NCBI GenBank assembly: GCA_002269645.1
Contig: NIVC01000151.1
Coordinates: forward strand, 372,001 to 436,000
Reading direction: 5' to 3'
From: Macrostomum lignano
Taxonomy: Eukaryota
DNA length: 64,000 nt
Shown here: positions 20,328 to 33,099 of the stretch, one piece after another
How positions within the stretch are numbered: position 1 is the stretch's first letter
Layout: each line of letters begins with the position of its first letter
The notes under the pieces: model-generated
The model's database searches: none
What the model was told of the DNA's origin: nothing
Seen by the model: only the letters and a program-made list of their open reading frames with translations
Position numbers and translations under genes: made by a program

Positions 20328-22178
20328 ATGTCAACTGCTGCAATGGACGAGACCCCCAGCACCGGAGCGCTGCTGACGCAGGTCCTGGCCGCGGCTGCCA
20401 GCGAGACCACAGCCCACGGGCTCAGCAGGCTGGCGGGCCAGAGGCCGCTCTACATCAAGCTCTGCTGGCTGCTGGCCTTCCTGGCCCTGCTCGCTGTGTT
20501 CACCTTCAGCATGCACGGCTTCACAAGCAAGCTCGTCAGAGGCGAGGTCAGCACTTCCTACGAGGCCGAGGCTGTGGACTTCCAGTTTCCCGACGTGTAC
20601 TTCTGCAACAATGTCCAGGTTTCGGGCACCTACTCCGTCACGCTCGCCAGCGAGGTCGTCACCGACATCAACGCCAGGATGACCGCCTCGCTCGCCACCT
20701 TCGACTCGGCGCTGCAGCGGCTGCTCAACTCGTCGCTAGCGAACGCCACCGAGTCTCAGATCGGGCAGATGAAGCTGTACAGACTGAAGTCCGCCATCCA
20801 GTCAATGCCGTACAGCTTGCTGGTGGACCATCTCGCTCACAAGGAGCAGCAGACGGTACTGAAGAACGACAGCAAGTCGGGCGTCTCCCTCAGACCCTTC
20901 TACCACCCGAATCACCTCAAGTGTCTCAAGGTTGAGCTGACCGAGCAGAGACTCGCTGAGCTGAGCAAGGTCAACTCGGAGATCAGCTTCCAGTTCATTC
21001 TGGATCCACACTTTACCGACTTTGATGACACATTGAATGTCAGCGCGTATTCGCAGATAATGCGCGTAACCGTCCCGCTGTACAACAAAATACAAATACT
21101 CGTGTACGACTGGGACCTGGACTCGCCCTACGAGATCGACAGGCCGATGGGAATGAGGCTGTACCTGGCTCCTCGAGGCGAGTACCCGAGCAGGTTCGTG
21201 ACCAACTTCCTGCTCGCTCCCGGCAGGTCCTACAGCATCGGGCTCAGCATGCAGAGCATCAAGAAGGAGCCCGAGGCGTACGGCGGACGCTGCCTGACGG
21301 AGACTCCCGACGTGCAGTTCGTCAATCCGTACGACGGCTCGGCGTACGCGTTCGGCTACAGCAACAGCTTCTGCTACTTCTCAGAGTTTGCTCGGCAGCT
21401 GTCTGTGAACGGTGGCTGCAGTCCGTACGTGAACCCGCTGCCGTGGCAGTTCAGGCACCTGCGCTTCTGCCTGAATGCGAGCGGCCTGAACGAGTCTCAG
21501 ATCGAGTCGAACCTCCTGCAGGCGTTCACAGCTGACACGGCCGCGCTGAGCGACTTCCAGCAGCTGTGCCAGAGCAGGCAGCTGTGCGTGTCACGGAAGT
21601 ACGAGACCAGCACCTCCAGCGCGAACTGGCCCAACGAGAACGGGCAGATCCGGCTTGTTTTGAACATCATGAAGACTATTCTGGACAAATCTCCAAGCAT
21701 ATATCGGCCTGCCTGGAGAGCGTTAATTCACTCCGTGAGGCAGCACTTTTCTGCGGAAGATGGGGAGGAGGACATTTCTGATGCATAATTTATGACCAAC
21801 AAGTTCTTCTCCCGCTCGGGCCTGAAGGTGACGCTGCGCAGCCAGCAGTCGCGCAGCTCGCAGATCCGGCTGTCGCCCGGCTACTCTCTGCAGACGTTCA
21901 TCGCCGACATTGGCGGTACTGCGGGCATCTACCTTGGCTGCAGCCTGCTGAGCCTGTGCGAGCTCGTCGAGCTGCTGTACAACCTGATCGCCAAGACCCG
22001 GGGGCAGCGAAGCTCCACCAACATCGTCCGCGTGAGGCCCGCGCCACCGACGGCCAGCAGCTCGGGCACGCCGGACTGCAGCGAGGTGGAGCTGGGCGAC
22101 AAGAAGCTCAGCTCAGGAATCTCAGGAGTAGAAAATTGTTGTTCAATTAAAGCTTGTGATGGTGTGATGCTTGCTTAA
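20328..22178 (+). CDS. DEG/ENaC (amiloride-sensitive sodium channel family) subunit, interrupted by an in-frame TAA at 21786-21788
   Basis: Pre-TM1 TTAHG motif, TM1 LCWLLAFLALLAVFTFSM, FPDVYFCN, GMRLYL, Cys-rich thumb and NWP. After the stop, in the same frame: YSLQTFIADIGGTAGIYLGCSLLSLCELVELLY (TM2 with GxS filter). Confidence 0.88.
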
Positions 22179-22564
22179 GCAGCCTCAGCTCGTCTCGATA
22201 TTTTTGTTGGCTTGCAGAGGATGAGTCAAAGTTCAGCCTGAGTGCATAGTTTTCAATTTACCTGATAAACGGTTGAAGAGTGCAAGTTCAATTAAAGTGA
22301 CACAAATGAGCCTAACTACGAGTATTCCTGTCTCGGCTTTGTACCTGTGCTTTTGCCCTCTAAGCTGGAAGATTAATTTGTTATATATATTTTCTTCATA
22401 ACTTTTTTATCCCCGATTTGCCCGTTAGTTACTATTTGAATCTATTACATCGCAAACAGTCGTATATTTTCATCAGTATAAAATGTAACTCTCCGCACTG
22501 CTCAGTGTGCCAGAGTCAGCCCCCATTCATTTGTTCATTCTTCCTACCGAGCCGACGGGCTGTC

Positions 22565-23385
22565 CGGGAGGAGTTTAGAGAGGATTTTAGGGTGGAGTTT
22601 AGGGAGGATTTTAGGGAGGATTTTAGAGTGGAGTTTAGGGAGGAGTTTAGGGAGGAGTTTAGGGAGAAGTTTAGGGAGGAGTTTAGGGAGGAGTTTAGGG
22701 TGGAGTTTAGGGTGGAGTTTAGGGAGGATTTTAGGGTGAAGTTTAGGGAGGAGTTTAGAGAGGATTTTAGGGTGGAGTTTAGGGTGGAGTTTAGGGAGGA
22801 GTTTAGGGAGGAGTTTAGGGTGGAGTTTAGGGAGGATTTTAGGGTGGAGTTTAGGGAGGAGTTTAGAGAGGATTTTAGGGTGGAGTTTAGGGTGGAGTTT
22901 AGGGAGGAATTTAGGGAGTTTAGGGTGGAGTTTAGGGAGGAGTTTAGGGAGGATTTTAGGGTGGAGTTTAGGGAGGAGTTTAGGGAGGATTTTAGGGTGG
23001 AGTTTAGGGAGGATTTTAGGGTGGAGTTTAGGGAGGAGTTTAGAGAGGATTTTAGGGTGGAGTTTAGGGTGGAGTTTAGGGAGGAGTTTAGGGAGGAGTT
23101 TAGGGAGGAGTTTAGGGAGGATTTTAGGGTGGAGTTTAGGGAGGAGTTTAGAGAGGATTTTAGGGTGGAGTTTAGGGTGGAGTTTAGGGAGGAATTTAGG
23201 GAGGAGTTTAGGGTGGAGTTTAGGGAGGAGTTTAGGGAGGATTTTAGGGTGGAGTTTAGAGTGGAGTTTAGGGAGGAGTTTAGGGAGGAGTTTAGGGTGG
23301 AGTTTAGGGAGGAGTTTAGGGAGGATTTTAGGGTGGAGTTTAGGGAGGAGTTTAGGGAGGAGTTTAGGGAGGAGTTTAGAGAGAA
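22565..23385. repeat. 12-bp telomere-like satellite (GAGTTTAGGGAG/GTG) containing TTAGGG in nearly every unit
   Basis: Direct reading; explains the EFRE/PKLL ORFs. Confidence 0.95.
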
Positions 23386-23644
23386 TTCTTGTCATGGGCA
23401 GCACCGAATACCGGCACTTCTCAGTGGCCTCCCATCCCGACGTTACCGACGGTTAGCCTCTAAATTTGCAAAGGAATTTCATTGCTTAATTGCAGAAAAT
23501 TTTAACTATTTTCAATATTACGGGGCGTCTCTACATTCAGTTTACTTTTTTAATCTACTACTCATGTGATAGACTATTTTTCTGCCGCTGTATCAAACTG
23601 TTCCCACCGGCCACCGAAGCGTCCTGCCGCCCTAGCCGGAGGCT

Positions 23645-24612
23645 CATCTGTGCTAGCTACCCTATAGCTGGAGACTCATCTGTGCTAGCTACCCTATAGC
23701 TGGAGATTCATCTGTGCTAGCTACCCTATAGCTGGAGACTCATCTGTGCTAGCTACCCTATAGCTGGAGATTCATCTGTGCTAGCTACCCTATAGCTGGA
23801 GACTCATCTGTGCTAGCTACCCTATAGCTGGAGATTCATCCGTGCTAGCTACCCTATAGCTGGAGACTCATCTGTGCTAGCTACCCTATAGCTGGAGACT
23901 CATCTGTGCTAGCTACCCTATAGCTGGAGATTCATCTGTGCTAGCTACCCTATAGCTGGAGACTCATCTGTGCTAGCTACCCTATAGCTGGAGATTCATC
24001 TGTGCTAGCTACCCTATAGCTGGAGACTCATCTGTGCTAGCTACCCTATAGCTGGAGACTCATCTGTGCCAGCTACCCTATAGCTGGAGACTCATCTGTG
24101 CTAGCTACCCTACAGCTGGAGACTCATCTGTGCTAGCTACCCTATAGCTGGAGACTCATCTGTGCTAGCTACCCTATAGCTGGAGACTCATCTGTGCTAG
24201 CTACCCTATAGCTGGAGACTCATCTGTGCTAGCTACCCTATAGCTGGAGACTCATCTGTGCTAGCTACCCTATAGCTGGAGACTCATCTGTGCTAGCTAC
24301 CCTATAGCTGGAGACTCATCTGTGCTAGCTACCCTATAGCTGGAGACTCATCTGTGCTAGCTACCCTATAGCTGGAGACTCATCTGTGCTAGCTACCCTA
24401 GCTGGGAGGGTCATGTTTGCCAGCTACCCTAGCTGGGAGGGTCATGTTTGCCAGCTACCCTAGCTGGGAGGGTCATGTTTGCCAGCTACCCTAGCTGGGA
24501 AGGTCATGTTTGCCAGCTACCCTAGCTGGGAGGGTCATGTTTGCCAGCTACCCTAGCTGGGAGGGTCATGTTTGCCAGCTACCCTAGCTGGGAGGGTCAT
24601 GTTTGCCAGCTA
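23645..24612. repeat. Compound array: 32-bp unit (TAGCTACCCTATAGCTGGAGACTCATCTGTGC) switching at ~24400 to a related 31-bp unit (CAGCTACCCTAGCTGGGAGGGTCATGTTTGC)
   Basis: Direct reading. Confidence 0.93.
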
Positions 24613-24854
24613 CTGTAGCAGTTGACAGTTCAAAGAAATCAAACTTGAGTTTGAATATTCCCTGAAGTTGAAAATGATTCCATGCAGAAACTTTGTTACA
24701 TGTCTTCTCAGCTTTGCTTAACTCATTCAGAAGTGCCATGATACGGCTGCAGTTAACAATCTCACCACTGTACTTCCATTGCACTTGGAGATCTTGCAAC
24801 AGTTTAACTGGCCAACGGATGCGCACAAAATGCGCAGAAAAAAAGTTCAGCATG

Positions 24855-25570
24855 GACAGGACAGCAGGTGATATGACAGCAACTGGTGGACAGGACAGCA
24901 GGTGATATGACAGCAACTGGTGGACAGGACAACAGGTGATGTGACAGCAACTGGTGGACAGGACAGCAGGTGATATGACAGCAACTGGTGGACAGGACAA
25001 CAGGTGATATGACAGCAACTGGTGGACAGGACAGCAGGTGATATGACAGCAACTGGTGGACAGGACAGCAGGTGATGTGACAGCAACTGGTGGACAGGAC
25101 AGCAGGTGATGTGACAGTAACTGGTGGACAGGACAGCAGGTGATGTGACAGCAACTGGTGGACAGGACAGCAGGTGATGTGACAGCAACTGGTGGACAGG
25201 ACAGCAGGTGATGTGACAGTAACTGGTGGACAGGACAGCAGGTGATGTGACAGTAACTGGTGGACAGGACAGCAGGTGATGTGACAGCAACTGGTGGACA
25301 GGACAGCAGGTGATGTGACAGCAACTGGTGGACAGGACAGCAGGTGATGTGACAGCAACTGGTGGACAGGACAGCAGGTGATGTGACAGCAACTGGTGGA
25401 CAGGACAGCAGGTGATGTGACAGCAACTGGTGGACAGGACAGCAGGTGATGTGACAGTAACTGGTGGACAGGACAGCAGGTGATGTGACAGCAACTGGTG
25501 GACAGGACAGCAGGTGATGTGACAGTAACTGGTGGACAGGACAGCAGGTGATGTGACAGTAACTGGACAG
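24855..25570. repeat. 34-bp minisatellite (GGACAGGACAGCAGGTGATGTGACAGCAACTGGT)n
   Basis: Direct reading. Confidence 0.95.
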
Positions 25571-25884
25571 CTGATAAGTTGGGCAGGAAAGCATACGGTG
25601 TCCTCACGGGATTGTGACGGCGCTCATTAGGGATTCACCAGGTGTGACAGGCTGACAGTTTCGAGTTTTACGCGCATGCATAAATTGGTACAGAGTTAAA
25701 ACTCCAGTTCATGATATTATCGTCCAAATGGAGTTCTCGATCGCTGCATTCATATTTCAGCATCAATATACGAGTATAACCAATATTGGAGTTACTGACG
25801 CCGCGTGTGGCTGATCAGAAAACACTCTACTTGCTACTGGCATGAGCGCTTAGGCAGTAGTGAGGTGCGGATCTGACTGCTGCT

Positions 25885-28800
25885 TTATTGAGACAGCGAC
25901 GCCAGCACCGCCGCCAGCTCGTCGGCCACGGCTGAGAACACGAACTCCAGCTGCTCCTGAGGGTGGAGGTGCAGTTATAAGCGTTTTATCTGATAGCGAC
26001 CGTCGGGTCTGGCGCAGTCCAAGTGGCTGTGCGAGAGACGGTAAGCAGTGACAATGTGCGCCTGCGAGCCTGAATCATGAGCTCATGCAGACACGCCAGC
26101 ATAGGAAGTACAGCAGCCCTCTCTCTGATGTATCTTAAGATGTGTCTCTGCTGTGCCTTTGATGCCTCAGTTGTATCCCTGATGTGTCTCTGGTGTATCT
26201 CTGCTGTGTCTCTGATGTTTCTTTGATGTATCTCTGATGTGTCTCTGATGTGTCTCTGGTGTGTGTCTGATGTATCTATGATGTATCTCTGGTGTATCTC
26301 TGATGTATCTCTGATGTATCTCTGATGTATCTCTGGTGTATCTCTGATGTATCTCTGATGTATCTCTGATGTATCTCTGATGTATCTCTGATGTATCTCT
26401 GATGTATCTCTGATGTATCTCTGATGTATCTCTGATGTATCTCTGGTGTATCTCTGATGTATCTCTGATGTATCTCTGGTGTATCTCTGATGTATCTCTG
26501 GTGTATCTCTGATGTATCTCTGATGTATCTCTGGTGTATCTCTGATGTATCTCTGGTGTATCTCTGGTGCGTATCTAATGTGTTTTCGATGTGTCTCGGA
26601 TATGGCGTGACTCTACATCTATCAAACAAATGCAAGTCCTCGAATTTCAGCTGTCCGCCTGCCCCTCCCACCTTTTCTCGCCCAGTTATCCTGCACTCCA
26701 CCTCTGGCCCAGAAGCCCGCCGCAGATCCCGTCGGCCGGAAACTCGGCAATCCGAGCACGCAGACTCGGCTTCATCAAGCAGCTCAGTCGGCGCTCGGTC
26801 CCGACGGAACTTTCTGGGGCTTCAAAAAATGGCGACCATTCTGGATCTGGGGCCGCCCCCTGTCGCAGACGCGTACATGAGTGTGGAATTGCAGAGGGCT
26901 CGGGTCCCTCCCGGCTGTTGGAGACTTCAAAGCGGAAGATCTTTCTCGAGTAAAAATAGCTTGAAAGCTGCGATAGACAAGAATTTCTCTGTGAACTGTC
27001 AGGGGGTTTCATATTTAATATCCCCGACACCTTATATCCTCAACAGGGTTAGGGTTAGGGTTCGAAGTTATGAAGTGTCGGAAATATGAAAGAGGTGCTG
27101 TGGTAGGTGTGAAATTTTGGAAGCGCCCCCTGAAATTACTAGATTCAACCACCAATATAAATTACAATTCTGCCCGTTCCGCTGACTCCTGAAGCCACTC
27201 GGTGAGCCTTGGGGGCTGCCCCTCATGTATATGACTTGCACGACAACCTCCCGGCCAAAAGTCTGGCAAACTGTCACCCACCGCGGTGTCCACCAGTCCT
27301 GGCCGTTGGTCTCGCAGGTGCTCCAGCGAGGCCGCCAGCGAGACCTCCTTGAGGCAGCCGATGCCGCTGCACAGGCGGGCGAGCACCGAGTCCAGCAGGC
27401 AAAATGCTCCGGACCGCCCGGCACCGTCGCTGCAGCGGAGGCGAGGCTGAGCTTTCAGCAACAGAATTTCAATTCAAATGCAGCAGCCATTCTGGCTGAG
27501 CAATGCTCACCTGCAGTGTACAATCAGCGGCGAGCTCCGGCTTCTGTACGATTTGTTCACCTTCCTATGGGTGAAAGGGTTAAGTGAACTGAATGAACTG
27601 AGAAGCAGAACAAGCATTGGTATCAGATCCAAGCCCCCCAAGCTGAGCAGAGTGTGGCACCCCGGCTGAGCAGAGTGTGACACCCCAGCTGAGCAGAGTG
27701 TGACACCCCGGCTGAGCAGAGTGTGGCACCCCAGCTGAGCAGAGTGTGACACCCCGGCTGAGCAGAGTGTGGCACCCCGGCTAAGCAGAGTGTGACACCC
27801 CAGCTGAGCAGAGTGTGGCACCCCGGCTAAGCAGAGTGTGGCACCCCGGCTAAGCAGAGTGTGGCACCCCAGCTGAGCAGAGTGTGACACCCCGGCTGAG
27901 CAGAGTGTGACACCCCAGCTGAGCAGAGTGTGGCACCCCAGCTGAGCAGAGTGTGGCACCCCAGATGAGCAGAGTGTGACACCCCGGCTAAGCAGAGTGT
28001 GGCACCCCGGCTAAGCAGAGTGTGACACCCCAGCTGAGCAGAGTGTGACACCCCGGCTGAGCAGAGTGTGACACCCCGGCTGAGCAGAGTGTGACACCCC
28101 GGCTGAGCAGAGCAGAGTGCCGGTCTCACCTCCTGAACTCCAGCAAGCTGCTGGTGCTGGGCGGCACGCCGGCCTCCTCCCAGCTCAGGTAGTGGAACTG
28201 CGTCACCGTCCTGGCCGGGCCCAGCCTTCGCCGCTCGGCCCCGGCAGCTGCCAGCGGTCGGACGCGCAGACTGCGTATCACAAAATGGTCGCTGCAGACA
28301 TGCTCGGAGACCAGGTGTACCTGAGGTAATCGGATGAGCTGTTACGACCTGCCTGACTGTCGGTCCCAATTTATCTCAATCATTCAAACATAATTAATGA
28401 CTCCTAACGTCAATCAAGGACACCCGACATCAATCAAGGACACCCGACATCAATCAAGGACACCCGAAATCAATCAAGGACACCCGACATCAATCAAGGA
28501 CACCCGACATCAATCAAGGACACCCGACATCAATCAAGGACACCCAACATCAATCAAGGACACCCAATATCAATCAAGGACACCCAACATCAATCAAGGA
28601 CACCCAACATCAATCAAGGACACCCAACATCAATCAAGGACACCCAACATCAATCAAGGACACCCAACATCAATCAAGGACACCCAACATCAATCAAGGA
28701 CACCCAATATCAATCAAGGACACCCAACATCAATCAAGGACACCCAACATCAATCAAAGACACCCAACATCAATCAAGGACACCCAACATCAATCAAGGA

Positions 28801-31800
28801 CACCCAACATCAACCAAGGACACCCAACATCAACCAAGGACACCGAATACTCGTACCAGCCAAAGGCCGTCGGAATCAGCAGCCCCAGCCAAGGGTTTCC
28901 AACCCAGGTGTCGGCGGTCTCACCTGGAAGCCGCCGAACTGGGCGCAGCCGCGGTCCGGCCAGTAGTCGGGCAGGCCGGGCTCGCCGGGCCGGGCCAGGT
29001 TGACCAGCCCGGTGGCGCCCGTCTGCCACACCAGACGCCAGAACTCGCCGATGGTGGCGGTCAGCGGGCTCTGCGTGAGGATGTGGCCGCCGCCGCCGCC
29101 GCCGCCGTCCCCGCGGAGATGCCGCGGCAGGCGGCTGTCCTGGACGAGGCTAGCGTTGATGTAGTCGGAGGCGCCGGGCGTGTCTGGGAGCAGTCGGACT
29201 CGGGTTCTGTCGTCTGCGAGTTTTTTTGGAGATTTCTCGATGACTGAGTCGCAGTTTAAATATGGGCCCAACTGCGGTGCTTTGAGCTCAGAAATGATTG
29301 AGTTTGGGAAGGGTTGAGATTGGGAAGGGTTGAGATTGGGAAGGGTTGAGATTGGGAAGGTTGAGATTGGAAGGTTGAGATTGGAAGGTTGAGATTGGAA
29401 GGTTGAGATTGGGAAGGGTTCAGATTGGGAAGGGTTCAATTGGGAAGGGTTGAGATTAGGAAGGGTTGAGATTGGGAAGGGTTCAGATTGGGAAGGGTTG
29501 AGATTGGGAAGGGTTCAGATTGGGAAGGGTTCAATTGGGAAGGGTTGAGATTGGGAAGGGTTGAGATTGGGAAGGGTTGAGATTGGGAAGGGTTGAGATT
29601 GGGAAGGGTTGAGATTGGGAAGGGTTGAGATTGGGAAGGTTGGGAAGCGGCTAGATGAGTTTGTTCAATCCGCAGAAACCGAGGGATTCCTTTAATTCGG
29701 TTTGGACACAGCCGTTCCCTGGGGAAAAGCTTAAAACAGCTGTCAGGCAGGAGACGGAGGGCAGACAGAGAGATGGGGAATGAAGCTGGACTCACACGGC
29801 AGGCGGTCCGGCCGCCGGTTTTTGTCGGCGTTTTCTGGCCGGGTGGCTGCGCTGAACAACCGGCCGTCCTGCTGGTGCGGCTGCCGCGCCGCTTCCTGCA
29901 GCTCCTCCCATTCCTCGCGGAGCTTCTGCTTGTCCGACAGGTGCATCTCCATGTAGTCCTGGGAGCCACGGTTGCGGGTGGGATTTCTTTCTTAGCTTCT
30001 GGTTGGCTGGCTGGGTTCCCAGAGTCATCCAGACTTAGAATACTCCCTTCTTATTATGACGGTTGCTCCAATCTAGAAATAATAACTGATCAGATCCGGG
30101 GATTCCCTGAAGTCTAACAATAGTCAAGTAGATTGGATTTGGGGATTCCCTGTGATCTAAAAATAGGCAAGTTGATTAGTTTGGGATTCCCTGTGATCCA
30201 AAAATAGGCAAGTTGATTAGTTTGGGATTCCCTGTGATCCAAAATAGGCAAGTTGATTAGTTTGGGATTCCCTGTGATAAAAAATAGACATAACTAATTT
30301 TGGGGATTCCCGTGATCTAAAATGCATGAATCTCCGGGTTTCAAAGTAAATATGTTGCAAATAGCAGTTAGTTGTCCTGAATTCTGGGGATTTCTTGATG
30401 ATCTGTAAAAATCGTTGGTTGCTGCCACGACGAAATGCACCATGAGATTTCCTTCTAAAACAGCAATCCAGACTCAGAGACAGCTTTTTTCATAATCAAA
30501 ACCGGCGAACAGACGAAACTGAAATGCTCACCAGGATGATGTGAGCAGTGCGGATGTCCAGCTCTGCTCGCAGAGGTTCCTGGCACCTGTGGATAATTAA
30601 CATCACCAGGATGGCTCATTAACAACTGACAGGACATCCGCAATAAACTCTAGTTTTGTGCAAACAGGCCAGCTCTGCACAGCAAAAAGTTCGTCTGTCA
30701 CGAGCAGCGAAGAGAAGCGGTGCCCTGCTACTCTATTTTTAGCATTCGGAAGGGACGAATTAGGCCGGTTTGATGGAGTTGCCAGGGGAAAGGAGGCCAG
30801 TATTTGACAGGGACAGGGAGCATGGAACAGGAAGGGAGGGCGATGGGGAGGGTGAACAAGGGTGGCTGGCTGGGAAGGTCTCAGCGTCTCAGCGAGAGCT
30901 TCTCATCAATGCAGCCCGATGGCAGGGGGATAAGCAAAGTAGGGGATCTCTTTACAGTGCGAGTTTGAGAGCAGCTGCAGCAGATTACGCTTACAATACC
31001 GGCTCACTGCAGCTCGAAATTCTTGCTCACAGCTCTTCTCTTGCACCCTGAAACCTCTCCTCTTGCACCCTGAAACCTCTCCTCTTGCACCCTGAAACCT
31101 CTCCTCTTGCACCCTGAAACCTCTCCTCTTGCACCCTGAAACCTCTCCTCTTGCACCCTGAAACCTCTCCTCTTGCACCCTGAAACCTCTCCTCTTGCAC
31201 CCTGAAACCTCTCCTCTTGCACCCTGAAACCTCTCCTCTTGCACCCTGAAACCTCTCCTCTTGCACCCTGAAACCTCTCCTCTTGCACCCTGAAACCTCT
31301 CCTCTTGCACCCTGAAACCTCTCCTCTTGCACCCTGAAACCTCTCCTCTTGCACCCTGAAACCTCTCCTCTTGCACCCTGAAACCTCTCCTCTTGCACCC
31401 TGAAACCTCTCCTCTTGCACCCTGAAACCTCTCCTCTTGCACCCTGAAACCTCTCCTCTTGCACCTACCTGGCGTTGAGGATGACCAGGTCGGAGCTGCG
31501 GCCCCAGTCGCAGACAGTCGCAGGGTTGTCGCGCACGATGACTCTGAGTTCGAGTTGCTGCTGCTGCTGCTGCTGCTGGAGACTCCGCAGACTCTGCAGG
31601 CTCATGAGCTGTTGCTGCGGCTGCCGCAGCTGCTGCGAAGGCGGCGGCGACGGCTGGCGCTGTGGCGTCGCGTCGGCGGCTGAGCTGTCGGCCAGCAGCA
31701 GCGAAGATTCGTCCGTCTCGTCCTGCGGCAGGCCGGAGTCGCTGGACTTGCAGTCTCCGGTGGCGGCCGCTGCCGACACGCCACCGGCTGCTGTGACGGC

Positions 31801-31911
31801 GCCCTCACCGCCGGCGTTGGTGGCCGACGAAGCGGTGGCAGCGGCCGCGGGGGAGCCGAAGCTCAGCAGCCGGTCCAGGTCGAAGTCCGTGGAGAAAATC
31901 GACTGCAGCAT
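25885..31911 (-). CDS. IA-2: IA-2/PTPRN(N2)-type receptor tyrosine phosphatase-like protein (pseudophosphatase), cytoplasmic part; 5' end unresolved
   Basis: Exons (minus): ~31911-31469, 30586-30532 ([19 protein letters not shown]), 29958-29796 ([26 protein letters not shown]), 29213-28924 ([23 protein letters not shown]), 28320-28130 ([22 protein letters not shown]), 27564-27511 ([17 protein letters not shown]), 27429-27282 ([20 protein letters not shown]), 25956-25885 ([23 protein letters not shown]). The HCSDG signature and [12 protein letters not shown] are IA-2 hallmarks. Confidence 0.92.
26180..26570. repeat. 11-bp intronic array (TGATGTATCTC)n
   Basis: Direct reading. Confidence 0.93.
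27645..28115. repeat. 23-bp intronic array (GGCTGAGCAGAGTGTGACACCCC)n
   Basis: Direct reading. Confidence 0.95.
28408..28842. repeat. 20-bp intronic array (CATCAATCAAGGACACCCAA)n
   Basis: Direct reading. Confidence 0.95.
29300..29645. repeat. 16-bp intronic array (GGGAAGGGTTGAGATT)n; a 41-bp array lies at ~30135-30320
   Basis: Direct reading. Confidence 0.93.
31030..31465. repeat. Perfect 22-bp array (CTTGCACCCTGAAACCTCTCCT)n starting immediately inside a 5' splice site
   Basis: Direct reading. Confidence 0.95.
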
Positions 31912-31974
31912 TGCTGGGGCCTGGCGAGTTAGAGAGGGGCTCAGCTGCTCGTCAGCCTCGTAGCTGTGTACAAC

Positions 31975-32410
31975 CGAATGGTTGCTGAGTGCACCCAATA
32001 GTTTCTGAGCACACCCTCTGGTTGCTGTGTGTATCCAACAGTCGCTGAGCACACCCTCTGGTTGCTGTGTGCACCCAACAGTCGCTGAGCACACCCTCTG
32101 GTTGCTGAGCACACCCTCTGGTCGCTGAGCACACCCTCTGGTTGCTGAGCACACCCGCTGGTTGCTGTGTGCACCCAATAGTCGCTGAGCACACCCTCTG
32201 GTCGCTGAGCACACCCTCTGGTCGCTGAGCACACCCTCTGGTTGCTGTGTGCACCCAATAGTCGCTGAGCACACCCTCTGGTTGCTGAGTACACCCACTG
32301 GTTGCTGAGCACACCCACTGGTTGCTGAGCACACCCACTGGTTGCTGTGTGCACCCAGTAGTCGCTGAGCACACCCTCTGGTTGCTGAGTACACCCGATG
32401 GTTGCTGAGT
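31975..32410. repeat. Composite ~20-bp array (GCTGAGCACACCCTCTGGTT / GCTGTGTGCACCCAATAGTC)
   Basis: Direct reading. Confidence 0.9.
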
Positions 32411-33099
32411 AAACCTAATGGTTGCTGCTGAGTACACCCTAATCCATTGAGTAACACCTGAAGATAGGGTGTACTCCAACCCCCAACCCCCAATGTGAAT
32501 CTGAGCTATCAATCTCAAGATTGAATAAGCCCCTGAGGGCAAAAGTGCAAAGCTGAGAACTGATGAGGCATGAAAGCAGCTGACGCCGTCCCGCCATTCG
32601 CCACGGAGCCAAGCGTGGAGTCGCTGATTTAATCTCAGCTGCCGCGCAGGCGGATCGATCTGCCTCCCTCCCAGCTCGGGGCTGCTGCTCTCAGCTTCTC
32701 CATTTTCTCAGCGGGGTGGCTATTTTTAAACCTCTGTCCCTCTCCGGTCTGCTCTCAACCTGCTGCACCGCGGCGCCCAACTCATTCATCTCTGGCCTCG
32801 CAGCTCTTGTATAGCTGCTATAGTGCTAAAGTGCAATGCAGATTAGCATGCTCTCGGCGTTCATCAGCGAGAGCAGCTGACTTTTATATTCATGACTTCT
32901 GATTGCAGGCAGCCTTTCAGCATAGCCCAGTCACCGAGTTGAAGGCACTTGAAATTCCTTTGAATGGCACATAATTTGCTTGGATTGATTGTTTACTTTG
33001 AGAAATCAGTGACAAAATACCCTCCCATGCCATGAGAGCTAGATGAATGCTTGAGTACTATTTACATTAGCGGAGTGCCTAAGCGCCAAAGTGTGGGTT

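Noticed and set aside
22418-23569. 383-aa EFRE/DFRV coiled-coil-like ORF and its antisense PKLL ORF
   Set aside because: Translation of a 12-bp satellite with no stop codons; no credible start or splice context.
24612-24855. Unique open segment between two satellites as a possible exon
   Set aside because: No recognisable motif and no partner exons found.
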